Assembly (NCBI GenBank): GCA_028023455.1
Contig: JAQFVV010000001.1
Coordinates: 10,168,001-10,232,000 of the forward strand
Direction of reading: 5' to 3'
DNA from: Epiperipatus broadwayi
Taxonomy: Eukaryota > Animalia > Onychophora
Length of the DNA: 64,000 bases
A model generated the notes under the pieces. It made no database searches. It was not told the DNA's origin and was given only the letters and a program-made list of their open reading frames with translations. Made by a program: the position numbers and the translations under genes. This document shows positions 13,001 to 26,750 of this stretch, piece by piece (the stretch's first letter is position 1; the number at the start of each line of letters is the position of its first letter).

Positions 13001-14645
13001 ATAACCCAATATTACATAAATTATAGCAACATGAAAAAAAAAATTATTACAAAAAAAAAATATTCACTTTTTTTTTTACCAATAAAAATAAAACCCTTTA
13101 GAACATAAGTAAGTATTCTTCACACAAAGCCAATGGTTAAATGCATATAATATAAATTCGATGGCTATGTTCTGCGTGGTTTCATAATTAAAATGAATAA
13201 AAAAAAATTATATATATGTGACAAAACCATTTCAAGCAATAAAACGCAAATAGTTCTTATATCTAACACTTTAACATTATGAATAATTTAAAGATATAAG
13301 AATGCAACAAAGACATGTAACTACAATTATTTGTAGCGACAATGGAAATGACAACGTTGTAGTTTAATTATTATCTTTCAGCTGATTTAAACTTGTATTT
13401 GACTTTCCATAAATTTATTTATCTAGTTGAAAATGAAGCTTCGTTATAATTTTTTCTTTTCTAAAAAAAAAAAAAAAAAAATTTCAACATTTCAGAATTA
13501 TAAATATTTGTAGCGTTTCACATATTTATTTAACTTTATTGTGTAGAGAAATAGACATTTCCAGGTGATTTTGAGGTGATTAAACAAGCACTTCGTTAGC
13601 AGAGAATATATTAGCATTACATGTCTATAAAATATTTTTGCTAACAGTAATACATAAAGCAAAGATTTAATATAATAATTTCCAATACTTTATTACATAT
13701 CGTACTTTTCCCAAGCAGAGTTTTATACGTGTGAGGGATATTAATAATTAAGTCATATTCATAATTTAAGTCAATTTAATGGTTTTAGCAATAATTAAAT
13801 ATCATTGGTAAAACAGACAAATTACTATAATATTGTAGGTTCCTTTGTTAGAAAACTTATTGTCTCTTCCTATCATTAATAATTTAAGCAAACATAAGCT
13901 GGTAAATAGTTCTGCATAATTCTTTTTAAATAAATGAGATAATTTATTTTGCACTTGCATCTGAATAAAAATCATTTCAAAAATAAGTACTAATTTGATA
14001 AAAATAATCACAAATTTCCAAAACATTTCTTCCTAGCAGTAAAAGCATAATTGCAGGCAGTATCAAGAAATGGAGATTGCCAAAAATTTACTCAGAAAGC
14101 ATTATTGTTCTCCAGAATAACATTATTTTTACTTAACACCTTTATAACAACACACAAAAAAATTATAATAAAATTATTACTTTATTTTTTTTCTTTACTT
14201 GCCAAAAGATTAAAATTTAGCCCCAAAGTTCTTCTTCCAGTTGAGTGTAGAGAAGATTGAAACCCTGTATTGACCGAACCTGTATAGAAAAAACCAAACA
14301 AAGACCACCTCTATTGTCTGTCTAGACCATATTTATACCCTTTTTTTTTTTTTTATAAAAAAGCTGTCAACTTTTTTTAAATTATCCAATCAATAAGACA
14401 ATTCAATCTCCCCATAACGTCAATCTGATCTACTTATTGAAATAGATCAAATCACGTGATAAAACACCTAAATTTATTAACAAAACTAATAAAATCTTCT
14501 TATAATAAAAAAAAATACTAATAATATTACATAAAAGAAATAATTACAATTTCTTTAATTAAAATTGAATTCTCTTTTGAAATGAATTTAAATTAATACT
14601 ATTGGTTTATCAAATTAACCTTACAATTATTTATCAATTTATTTA

Positions 14646-15246
14646 TTTTTCTCTCTCTCTCTAATAATTCTCCTTCTCTCTCACCCTAATTCTTCTCTCC
14701 AAGCATTCTTCTTCTCTTTTTCTAGTAATTGTCTTTCTCTATCTATCTCTAATAATTTTTCTCTCTCCCTCTCTCCTTTTCTCTAAGCACTTCCTTTCTC
14801 TTTTTCTCCTTCTCTCTAATATTTCTCTTTCTTTCTCTCTTCTCCTTCTCTCTCTAATAATTTCTTTCCCTCTCCTTCTCTCTAAGCATTTTCCTTTTTC
14901 TTTCTCCTTTTCTCTAAGCATTTTCATTTCCTTTCTCTTTTTATCCTCTCTCTCTAGTAATCCTTCCTTCTCTCTCCCTCTAATATCTCTCTCTCCTTTT
15001 CTTTAGCATTTCTTCTTTTTTCTCTCTCTCTAGTAATTCTCATTCTCTCTCACTCTAATTTTTCTCTCCCCCTCTCTCACCTTCTCTCCAAGCATTCGTC
15101 TTTCTTCTCTCTCTAGTATTTCTCTTTCTCTCTCTCTCTTCTCCTCTCTCAGGAATATTCTATTTCTCTCCTCCTCCTCTCCCTTTCTCTATTCCTTCCC
15201 TTTTTCATCATCATCATCATCATCATCATAATAATAATAATAATAA
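14646..15246 (-). repeat. Inverted second copy of the modular GA-rich repeat
   Basis: The reverse complement has the same start, (TGA)n…GGAATAGAGAAAGGG(G)AGAGGAGGA…CCTGAGA…AGAAATACTAGAG, and the same modules as 9313-10042. Confidence 0.9.
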
Positions 15247-18200
15247 AAAGGTTACAGTATATTGTAACAGTAACTCTGGTCAATAAAGGCACCAACAACA
15301 AAATGTACAAGTAAAATCATATGAGACTTTTTAGCTGATTAACTAAATCTCATTGTTCATACAAATATTCATTTGCTTTAGCTACTATACACTCCAAATG
15401 TTTCACATCAGAGAGCATGTTCTCAGAATTATAGTGGGGAGTTCTTCAACGGATAGTATGTGTGGCAATAATTATATATATTTTATCAACAAGTGTTATG
15501 TATAAGATAAAAATATTATAGTAATACAGTAACTCAATATAATTAATTAATGTGTTTTATGAAATAGCAAAATATTTTATTCTATTCTTGCTTTAGTGAA
15601 TGCATGAAATAATGATTAATAAATTTCTAAATAAGGAACAATTTATTAATGACAAAATAAAATAAATCAATAAATATTTTATGAAATAAATAACTAGAAT
15701 CTTCTTTGAGAGATTTTCTTTTTTGAGTACTTTTCAACTCAGCAATTACAATAAAAGTTCAAATGCTTTATCTCTTTATAACTTTTAAGTGATAACTTCT
15801 CACATAAAAAAAAAAAAGAATTATCATTTATTTCTAGATAGCTTTTCTGAAAATAGTTTCATTTACTTCATTATTAGGAATTACTAAACAGCTTGTGCTA
15901 TAAATAATTCCAAGTCCAAATATTATATTCTTATAGTTCCTTCATAAATAAAACAATAATGACATTTTTGACAAGTTCCAAAAGTTTTCATTCCTTAGGT
16001 TTTTTTTTTTTAAAGTTCAATATACTTTTCATTTATTTGTCCTGAAGGTTCACAAATAAAAAACAATATTAAAGCATTAAAGATGCTGGCTTTAGAATAT
16101 CTTACTGCTATCTTGAAAGTCTTTTTTTTTCTTGAAATATTTTTCTTCTTTTCAGTATCATTAAGTAATACATTAAAGATAATTACACAAGGCATTAGTA
16201 TCTTTATTTCTTCTCTGACAATCCATTTGCAGAGTTCTATTTACCAAAAGCAGTTTTTTTTTACTAGTTGATAAGAAAAATAGATTGAGCATTACATTAG
16301 GTTACATTAGGTTAGGAATCAACTAGCAATTTCCTTTAAATTAGCACTTCATCTTCCATACAAACCTTAGTACTGAAGCAGTCAATCCTAATTAACAATG
16401 GAGCTTTATGGTTCTTCATACTTATCAAGTTACTAACCCATGTTTAAACTTTTGTTCCATCTGGCACCTATATTCATGTATATCTATTTTATGTATATGT
16501 TTGAGATGTACACCTAATAAGTTATAAAGTTTAGCTTTTAATATTTTTTACTCTTATTTATTATTAATTCTTATGAAAATCAAAATATATTAGGTGCAGC
16601 TCAAATATATATATATAACGGGAGAAATTACTAACACGCTATTAATTTTACAAATTTTTTTTTTTTTGAAGTTTGTAAAATTAAAACTTTTCATTTAAAT
16701 TCTTTATTAAAAAACTGTATTTTTTCTTTTAACAATTCAAGATGGAGTATGCAACTGTTAATTGTCCAAAAATAATTAAAAGGGTGGAAATCAAATTAAG
16801 AATTTCTACTTTTGCAATTAACATTTTATCAAATCTATTTCTAATCTGGAAATAGATTTGAAGATATTTTTGGACAAATTATTTAACTGTTGCATCTCCA
16901 AAACAATAGGTGAAGGAAATGAGAAAATTCCTACTAGATAGTAATCATGAATGAAATTTAAAAAGGGATATTAAAAGCATTCATCAAATACCTGAGGGCA
17001 GTATATAATGGCTAAATTTTTGACTGCCTAGAGAGAACTAGTTCGTAGATTAGCTGTCACCAAAATACTCCACACTACTTTATTTTCCAAAATGTTGAAC
17101 GAGTAGTCAAATTAATCATCTTTTCTCGCCTTTGCTGGTCAGTCTCTCGCCACCAACAATCATCTCACTGATGCCCCAAAAATGATAGAAAGTATGATCT
17201 AAAAATGGAAGAATGCCTGATGGAAACTTGCTACTACATTGGAAATCATTTAAATCCTGTTAATTTGCGATGCTGGTGCCGAACTGTCAAAATGGACTCT
17301 TTAATACAGCAAAATAATTAACCTAAGAACCGCCTATGAAATTTACTTCTAATTCCTTCTAAAATTATTTCAACCTCAGCTATCTGGATTTCTTACTTAA
17401 ATTGTTAAATTAAATATTTTCTTAACTGTTAATGTAAATTTGCTCTCATACTAATAACTTTTCTTTTATATGTAAAGTCTGTCATATGCTCTTATGTCTT
17501 TAATTTTAATCCGGTTCCTTTCTTAATTTTAAACTATGTTTTATTTTATTATTTTAAGTTGCCAGTCTAAATAATCTTGTGAGTCTAATGTATAGTTATT
17601 TTTCCCCATCTACTCATACCTCCTTGGGTCGTGGTTAGTAAAAAACCCTCCCTTTTAAGTTAGATTTACATACATTCTTAATTAATATGTTCGCCAGATT
17701 GTTTCTCAAGTTAATCTAGTTTCATGATTTTCTTTATGCATCAAAAAGTGTATTATTTATGTATAACTTTGAAATCACCAAAAAATTAATGCTATTAAAT
17801 ATTTTATATGTCACTCACTTAATTCTAAAAAGGTGATTTCTTATTGTTACTGTTGTTTTTTTTATATATTTTGTATTACAATGCCATACTCTTAATATTT
17901 CAAAGACTTGATTATTCTAAAGTTATAAAATTCGTGAAGGTGGGATTTCAATATGTTAAATAGCAAGGAAGGAGAGGGGGTAATTTTAAAATTTATTTTG
18001 TATGAATTAAATCTTTTCCTATATATATATATATTACATAGCATAACGTTAATTGCTTAACTTATAGCATTTGAGTAAGGTTCATGTATCTTAAAATAGT
18101 AACTTCCATTTCAAGTCATTAAAGACATAGTGTTATGCTGCGTTGCTGATATATGGTTTTGTTTTTTAAATATTACGTGCTTCCAGCTTGGAGCATTGCA

Positions 18201-21200
18201 ATGAGTTTGAACCCATAGACATTCTTCACGGTCTATCCCATGGACAGGTCACCTTCCCGGGATCATTTTTGTATAACAGGTCTCTTTCATCAGTTGCACC
18301 AGACAACCCTGGGGACTATGCCAAGCCTAAATAAAATTCTTTAAGCAGTGCCTCAAAAAAGGACTCTTAGCCACTTCATTTTCTTCATATGGAAGTATAT
18401 TTCAGATTCTTCTACCTTCATATCACCACCGCTACTTTTCATTATTATTAGTTTATTTATTTAATGACCTCATTTTGATGCTGTAACAATAAAATTGCAT
18501 TTGCTTATGTATATATATCTTTCCAAGAATAGTGATTAGTTTAATTAATAATGTTGTTTTTCTTCTTATTTTAAAAATCCCACCACCATAATCTATTGTT
18601 TATTTAAGAGTATACATCTGTTAGAAAGATGAAGCGTTCTTTTCTTTTTAAATCCGAATTTGAAGAATGGTTAAAATATTTTGTTCACTAAGCAAATAAA
18701 CTTGATTTAAATATATGTCATTTTATTGAATATTCACAAAGATTATCCTTAATGAGTAAACCATTTCTAAAATATATTTTATTGATTTTCACGACCAAAA
18801 CAGCGTGAAAAGAGTTTCTGTAATATGTATAATGATTCCTAGAATGCTCCAGAAATTTGTACAGTAATCATCACCTTTCATAACTGCCACTAAAGCGTTA
18901 ATTCAAATATGTTGTAAGTTTGTTTTGTAATCAAGTGATTGGCATCTTGAACTCACCCACCAAATATACCTATTTATGTATAATATGTCATTTATTCATA
19001 AGAGCATATGAATCATAATAGCATGATCAATTGTGTGTCACTCTCTACCTCGGGTAAATCATCTTGTGATGCACATTCAAATAAATATGTAATCAATTTA
19101 CTGTTTCATTAAATGTTTTAAATATTTTATTCCCTTCAAGCAACTTATGTAGTTTGAATTATCTTCTCTCCATTTCCATACATTCCAACATATATATACG
19201 TTCTTTTGTTAAATATGTCTCATTGTCTCTTTCACTCTTCTAGTGGGCCAGATTTAAAAATTAATTCTCATGTGCCATCATTATTATGTTATTCATTAGA
19301 TGTTCAATCTGGGGCTTGTGGAATGGGTTTGAGTCTAGGTTGGTCCCTGATATAAATCTCGGGCTTGACTGGGTTTGAAGTACGTTTCATTGAGTTCCAG
19401 CTCATGTTAGATGGATCAACATATTTTGACTGGTAAAATACAGAGTGAAGTAAAAAAAAAAAAAATTATAAATTTTCACTTCTTAAGTACATTTTCCCTT
19501 TTACTTGATAGATAATTTATTTTGCTTTTTTTTCTCTTCTACTTCAAAAAAAAAGTGGGACAGACAAAATGAGAAAAAAAATCTATCTCATTTTAATATT
19601 TTTCAACTTCATATGCATATCAAAGCTTTTGCTATATTTATAAATCTTTTTGGGGTCATCTCCATAAAAATTTAAAGTACCTTATTTTTAACAAAAGGAA
19701 AATTAACTAAATGAATATATCATGTTATTTTCCAAAAGAATAATGATGTAATTTTGGCATGGCCAATATAACTATTGCAACATATATATATATTACATAA
19801 TAATAATGAATATAGAATTCAAAAATCTTTAAAAAAAAATTACATATAGCAGTATTCAGATACCTGAAATATATTTCTATTAGAGTATGTTTTTATAGAT
19901 TAGATTTATAAACACTACTAAAAATACATAGTCCCTCCAAGCTAATATAGATCTGAATCATAGATTCAAATCTGTATTAAGAAACAGGTTTCATTTCAAC
20001 AATAGGAGGAGATGAAACAAAAATGAAACTGGCTAGTGATAAAATAAATTAAAATAGTAAAAATAATTTTTTGCATGTTTAAAAAATTAAGTGTAATTTA
20101 TTGGCAATTAAGTGTAATTAGGTGGTTAAATGTCATAGTAAATTTGGGTGCTGCATTAAAGAAGGTAATTATAAAACAAGTAAAAAAACAGTGAAGATTT
20201 ATATTAATAATGAAATGATGAAAAAAATGCAAGAATAAACACAATTCTTTAGAGGATATAAATATGTGTAGAAGGCAAATGTGAACAAATAATGCTAAAA
20301 AAGAATGAAAATTAATTCTGAAAAACTGAATTTTCTAAGTCAGGCACTGTTTTGATGCAATATTTTCTATCACTTTTCGTTTACCATACTATCTTCAGTC
20401 AATTAAGCTAGTATAAAGCCAAGTCATCAAGGGTTTTTCTTGCTATCAGTCATCTTCATGCATAAATTATGACAATCAGATTAAATGTTTCTGAAACCAC
20501 ATTTAATCACTCGAACAATAAATCTTAATTCCAATCTTTTATTTTGTTTGTGTGTGTGTGTGTGTGCATAAACTTTCAGGCCTGAAGATTGCAAAGGAAA
20601 TTATAATAAACAATGAATCATATTGGATTTGGGACTAGAATTTCAATTCAGCAAATAATTGTTTATTTGAACAGCTTTATTTAGCTATCTCCCTTTGCCT
20701 ACCATGAAATAAAAGGATCTAAAAAGGTGATCGAAAATTTGCATGTGATTAGATTATTTTGCCTGACACATCATTTATCAAAATAATAAATAACTACAAA
20801 ACGAGTAATTATAACGGTGATGAATTTAGTTATAATAGTAAATTAATTTTAATTCCATTTTTTATAAATAAAATTAGATCAAATGTATAAACTTTGCTTG
20901 ATGTAAGCTTTTCAATATCCGATTGTAGGACAGCATTTGTAGGTAAAAAAAAAAACTGTCAAGAGTTGAGATTGATATAACTATTCTTGATGAATCTCAT
21001 TTTCCAGAGCAGATTATCAAGTAAAAGGAGAGTGAATTTTCTCTTCCTAAATGTATCAATAATATATTAATACTATTAAAAATTAATACGTCTCGATCTT
21101 ATCAATATTTATATTCTAATATTAGATTCAAAAAGATCCGAAAAAGGTTTTTACTTCTTGTTGAATAGTAGTAGTCCATTAAACAAGCAAAACATTTTTT

Positions 21201-21674
21201 CTTGAAACATATGGTGCATGTATTGGTATAAATATTAAACAGCTTCCAAAGTTATTAGAAATAATGGTAGTAACTTTGTATATTCAAATGATTTGCTGTT
21301 ATTGAATTGCTCAACAAAAACATGGATTGGCTATAATAAATATTTTATTTAGACAAAAAATTACTAAAAGAAACTTTAGTACATCGATGTCAAAAGGATA
21401 GCATCTAATATAAAAGAAATCTATATTACATGAGCATATATAAAGCAGATAGATTATTGGACAGATCATGCTAGACTTCTAGTTTAAAATAATAGTTGTA
21501 TATGAAATTTGATTTCCATTATTTAAAAGTATGTGTTATTTATGCTAAATTTCAACATTATCAAACAATAAAATCGCCAATTTGAATTTACAAAATTGCC
21601 ATGCTACTTGAAGGATAGAATTATTAAAGAGTGTTTGTGAATGCAACTAAGTCTATTCTTACTATTTCTCTAAC

Positions 21675-22304
21675 TGTTGTGTTTGGTCTGGATTACAGAC
21701 CCAACCAACAGAAAATAATGTAAAATAATAATGAAACAAGTATTACAATTAATATATTTATTATTATGTACAAATATATACAATATATACAAGTGAATAT
21801 TTACAAGTTGAATATTGAAGTTTAATGTGAATTCTGGGTTCTGCCTGCCGCTTCCAACCACATCTGATGGCTTGCCTCAGGGGTAGGGTCTATGACTCTT
21901 CCAGCTGTGCAAGACAGCTTGCCTCGAGCCGAGAGTGGTCTTAGCAGCGTCCGGTCTCTGTGGGACTTGCCTAGTTGCATAGACTAAATAGTGTAGTGCT
22001 ATCAAAGAGAATACTTGCTGCTGTTTAGATTAGCAGAGCTTCCCTGGGAAAACGCAAAGAGTCTTTTCAGGTTAGACATATTCTTCCCTGATTCTCACAA
22101 AAGGCTGACTATTATACCCAGATCCCTAACCTTATTAAAAACCTTCGGATTCAGCAAGCATTGTTGCTTATTGGCCTGTAATAATCATTGGCTATGTTTT
22201 TATCTATACATCAGCCTATTGGCCTGTGGCAAACAATGCTTAATCCGATCAGATAAAGAGGCATCTGGAATAGTCCACTTCTGAGAGAAGGGAGGACTAT
22301 AACA
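21675..22304 (-). mobile_element. Solo LTR (630 bp) related to the LTRs of the 2350-5655 element
   Basis: On the minus strand it starts TGTTATAG and ends AATCCAGACCAAACACAACA (compare AATCCAGACAAATATAACA at 5655). It shares CCAGAT…TCGGATT…CTGAATCCGAA…GGGATCTGG blocks with both LTRs. Near-TSD CTAAC/CTAGC. Confidence 0.8.
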
Positions 22305-23413
22305 CTAGCAATATGGCTTTACAGAATAAAGAAGTGCTAGAATGAATATGGTTTTACTACTAGAAAAATAGAAAAAAACTGTTAGAAGAAAAGGTTTGAT
22401 TTATATAGTGCTTTAATCAAATAGTTTTGTGGCAAAGTTTAAAATTAATTTCATGATATATAGTTTTTATATAATGAAATGAAAAGTATTATTAAAACCA
22501 GTGGTAAATTTGAAATGAAAACGTGTATTAAACAATAAAGTATAATTGTTTCAATTTCACTTTTTATTTTTATAACAAGTCTTTGGGGCAGTTTATTAAT
22601 AACTTCTTGAATTATACATCAAAGCACAACATAATTCTTGAAATAAATTTTTGAATTTGAATCAATTAAAAGCAAAAACAAAAACATATTCTTAGATTTT
22701 AGACTTATAGTATGCTGATGATTTTACTATTCAATTGAAAAGACAGTCTACAGAAAGCTCTTAATATTTTAAATAAAATCTATAAATGCTTTTGTTTAGT
22801 AATTCATGCTTAATAATACTCAAATATATTCACAAACTTTTAGTTCAAATCATTATCAATTTGTGGTTATGTAGCACTTTATAAATACAACAGAGTTTCA
22901 ATGTGCTAATGCAGTTAACGAATTAAAAGACAGGGTATTTCATTATATTATTAAAACATCACATGATCACCATTTATTATGATTAAACAATTTATTAAAG
23001 TAGTAGCAACTCTCTCTCTCTCTTTCTCTCTCTGAATGGCACTAGGTATGGAGAGAGTTGCTATTATGAATTACATGATACAATTATTGAAATTAAATTA
23101 TATATATTTTAAGACAGTTATTTTGTCCAATTTACTGTAAACAAATGAGACATAACTTAAAAACATTTAGAAAAATTGCATTTGAGAATTCTCTTAAAGA
23201 ATGTAAAACATTATAAGATCATAAGAACTATCAGTATGATCTTAGCTTGCTGGATGAGATTCTATTGAAACCAAATATTTTAATAGCATTTTGCTTAATT
23301 AATGAATCAGTGCATATTTTTTTATAAAAGAGGCAGACAGCAGTTACATCACAAAAATTATCTTAAACATACCTTAGAGAAGTACAATAATAATGATTGC
23401 TTATACAAAGAAG

Positions 23414-26400
23414 CGGGAATAAGCCCCGCCACCCAGAGCCCCAGGTGGGAGGGGCGCCAGATGAAGGTTAGCGCGAATAAGCAGAGTCGTAAATAAGCAG
23501 TCGCTGACAATGGGACAACATTCACTATCAGGAAGTGGTGAAGGAGACAGTGGCGTGTTTACTTCTATAAAGTGCCACAATTCCTATGACGGTGGATGTA
23601 TAATGGCGAGTGTTGACCGCCATTAAATAAGTCAACACCCCGCTGGGTGCTGGGTCAGCAACGGCATTTCTTCCAAGTCAGCGGAAAATCACTAGAGGTG
23701 ACAACGATGAGGAGGAAGTGGTAGTTGGATTTTCATTTTATGGGATTTGGCTAGCGCACTAAGCCTATTATAGAGGTTATTGCTGGGCAAAGAAGGCAAC
23801 GGGAAACCACTTTGTCTTATAATTCCCTTGTTTTATTATGAGTATATCTACAGGAATCATTACGTTTGGTGTTGAGACCTTAGTTAAGAATAACTTTGGT
23901 GTCTTGCCCGGCAGGAGTGGACATGAGGCTATCAGGTCGTCAACCTGCGAAATCCTCATAAATATAATTCATTGAGAGGGGATACACTGAGAATTGGAAC
24001 GTGGAATGTTAGATCTTTGAGGAAAGGTGGGAAATTGGAGAATTTGAAAAGAGAGTTGAATTTGAATAATATTATGTAATGGGGTTAAGTGAAGTGAGGT
24101 GGGAGGGATGTGGAGAAGTAAGTAGTGGAGATGTAAAGTTGTTTTATTCAGGTGGTGATAGGTCAATTAATGGAGTTGGCATTGCTGTGAGGAAGAAAAT
24201 ATGGAATAGTGTGGCAAAGGTTGATGGTATTAATGATAGACTGATGGTGATGAGAATAAATGCAAGTCCTAGGGATTTGGTAATTATACAAGTTTATATG
24301 CCAACTAGTACTCATGATGATAGTGAAATTGATGAAATGTATGAGAAGATAGAAGAAAGTATTCAATGTGAAAGAAAAAATGCATGGATATTGCTATTGG
24401 GGGATTGGAATGCTGTTGTGGGGAAAGGTAGGGAAGAGAAAATTGTTGGAAATTATGGTATTGGAAAAAGAAATGAAAGGGGTAGTCGACTTGTACAATT
24501 TTGTAAAGAGAATGGGTTTGTCATTGCAAATACTTGCTTTAAAAATCATATTAGAAGATTGTATACATGGAAAGCTCCAGGTAACAAAGAACATTATCAA
24601 ATTGATTATATACTGATTCAGAATAGATATAAGAATGCTGTTAAGGGTTCACATGCTTTGCCAGGTGCTGATATAGATTCGGATCATAATTTGGTGATGG
24701 CTAAATTAAAGTTAAGTTTGAGGGAAAAGATACACAAGATGGGACTTGGATAAATTGAGACAAATGGAAAAAGGAAAATTTGGTTTAATATGTAAAAATG
24801 AATTTAAAAGAATTGTTCAGGATGGGAACTATATTAATAGCTCTGATGAGTGTTGGAATAGAATTAAAGAGGGATTCTTGAAAATAGCAAAAAATGAAAT
24901 AGGTATTATTCGTGCGAGAAAAGCTAAAAGACCTTGGATAACTGAAGGTATGTTGGAAAAGATGGAAGTGCGGAGATGGTGGAAGAATGTAAATACTGAG
25001 GAAGGGCAAAAGGAATATAGGAAATTTAATAATGAATTAAGAAGAGAAACAGATTTAGCAAAAGAAAAGTGGTTGGAGCAAGAATGTAAAGAGATAGAAA
25101 GGTTTCAACAGATGAGAAGATATGATCTAGCATTTGATAGAATACAAAGTATTTATTGGGAGAAAAAGACATGGGTAGCAAGTGAGAATTAGTTATGAAC
25201 TTGAAAATGAAGATGTTGCAATGGATGATAGAGGTATGGACATACTGCCAGATGAAGTAAGAAAGGCAATCGCACAAATGAAGAATGGTAAGGCTATTGG
25301 ATTTGATGCAGTACCTATAGAATTTTTGAGAGAAATGGGAGAATTTACTATGAAGGAAATAGTTGGACTTTGCAATTTGATATATAATAGTGGAGTTTGG
25401 CCTGAAGATTTTTTAAGAACTATAGTGATTCCAATTGCTAAAAAGAAGAAAGCTGTAAAATGTGAAGAGTATAGGACAATAAGTGTATTGTCTCATGTTT
25501 CTAAGGTGTTATTGAGGATTTTAACTCAAAGGATTTATGGGAAGGTTGACTATTATATTGCTGAAGAACAGTTTGGTTTTCGGAAAGGGAAAAACACAAG
25601 AGATGCTATTGGTATTGTTAGGACAATTGCAGAAAGATATATTGAAAGAGATAAAGGAATTGGTATATGTTTTGTAGATTTAGAAAAGGCATTTGATAGA
25701 GTAAGCTGGAATAAACTGATGTCTATCTTAAGAGATAAAGGAGTATTCTGGAAAGAAAGATGATTGATATGGAATATGTATAATGGGCAAAGAATAAGAG
25801 TTAGATTTGGATGTAATGAGACTGATGAAGTGAATATAGAAAGTGGAGTTAGGCAATAATGTAGTATGTCACTTGTTTTGTTTAATATTTATTTAGAAGA
25901 TATGATAAATAATTATTTGGACTGTGGAGAAGCAAATGTTGGAGGGAGAGTAATAAAGTGTATAAGATTTGCAGATGATATGGCTCTTATTGCTGAGGAA
26001 GAAAAGGATCTTCAGAATATGTTGAATAAATTGGAAGAAGGATGTATGGCATATGGAATGAAGATTAATATTGAAAAGACTAAGTGTTTATGGATAGGGA
26101 GAGATGCAAAAAGACTGCAAATTGGAATCCATGATGACATGGTGCAGCAGGTGAAGGGATTTAGATATTTGGGTTGTTGGTTGAGTGAGGATGGAAGAAG
26201 TGAAGATGAAGTTAAAAGAAGAATAGCATTGGCAAAGGTGACATTTGTAAAAAGAAAGAAGATATTCTGTGGACCTATGGAAAGAGAATTAAGGAAAAGA
26301 TTAATTAAATGTTATGTGTGGAGTGTATTAATGTATGTTTGTGAGACATGGACATTGAGTAATAGAATTAAGAAACGACTGGAAGCTTTTGAGATGTGGA

Positions 26401-26750
26401 AATGGAGAAAAATGGAAAAAATCAGTTGGGTGAATAAAATAACAAATGAAGAAGTTTTGAAAAGAGTTAATGAGGAAAGAAGATTGATTGAAAGTATCAA
26501 AGAGAGAAAGAGAAACTGGATTGGACATATACTAAGAAAAGATTATAGTTTAATGAAAGATGTTTTGGAAGGAATGGTGAGTGGAAATAAAAAGAAAGGA
26601 CGGAAGAGATTGACATTATTGGATGATATACGAGATGGAAGGGATTATGTGGAATTGAGGAAGTGGGCAAGGAAGAGAATGGAATGGAAGAATGGATGAA
26701 CTGATGTAGTGACTACTCTCTGGACCTGTCTATTGGACAGACTACTATTG
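23414..26750 (+). mobile_element. Full-length RTE-clade non-LTR retrotransposon (LINE), inactivated
   Basis: 11-bp TSD ATACAAAGAAG at 23403-23413 and 26751-26761. GC-rich leader of ~550 bp, then a single EN-RT coding region and a short 3' UTR with a CTGTC/GACAG stem. Confidence 0.93.
23970..26699 (+). pseudogene. RTE apurinic-type endonuclease plus reverse transcriptase ORF, broken by frameshifts and stops
   Basis: EN motifs: LRIGTWNVRSL, GLSEVRW, QVYMPT, GDWNAVVG, QIDYIL, SDHNLV. RT motifs: YRTISVLS, QFGFRKG, DLEKAFDRV, GVRQ*C, RFADD, FRYLG. RTE-type C-terminus RLEAFEMW…WIGHILR. Split over the track ORFs 24079-24753, 24746-25192, 25182-25763 and 25866-26699. Confidence 0.93.

Noticed and set aside
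18840-18960. Minus-strand ALVAVMKGDDYC resembling an RdRp GDD motif (endogenous RNA virus)
   Set aside because: No convincing motif A or B, and an in-frame stop lies nearby; a GDD tripeptide alone is expected by chance.
23415-23455. TAAGCCCCGCC…CCCAGAGCCC…GTGGGAGGGG loosely recalls twister ribozyme blocks
   Set aside because: No P4 stem or proper P1; the segment folds more simply as one hairpin. Kept only as a test under the leader finding.
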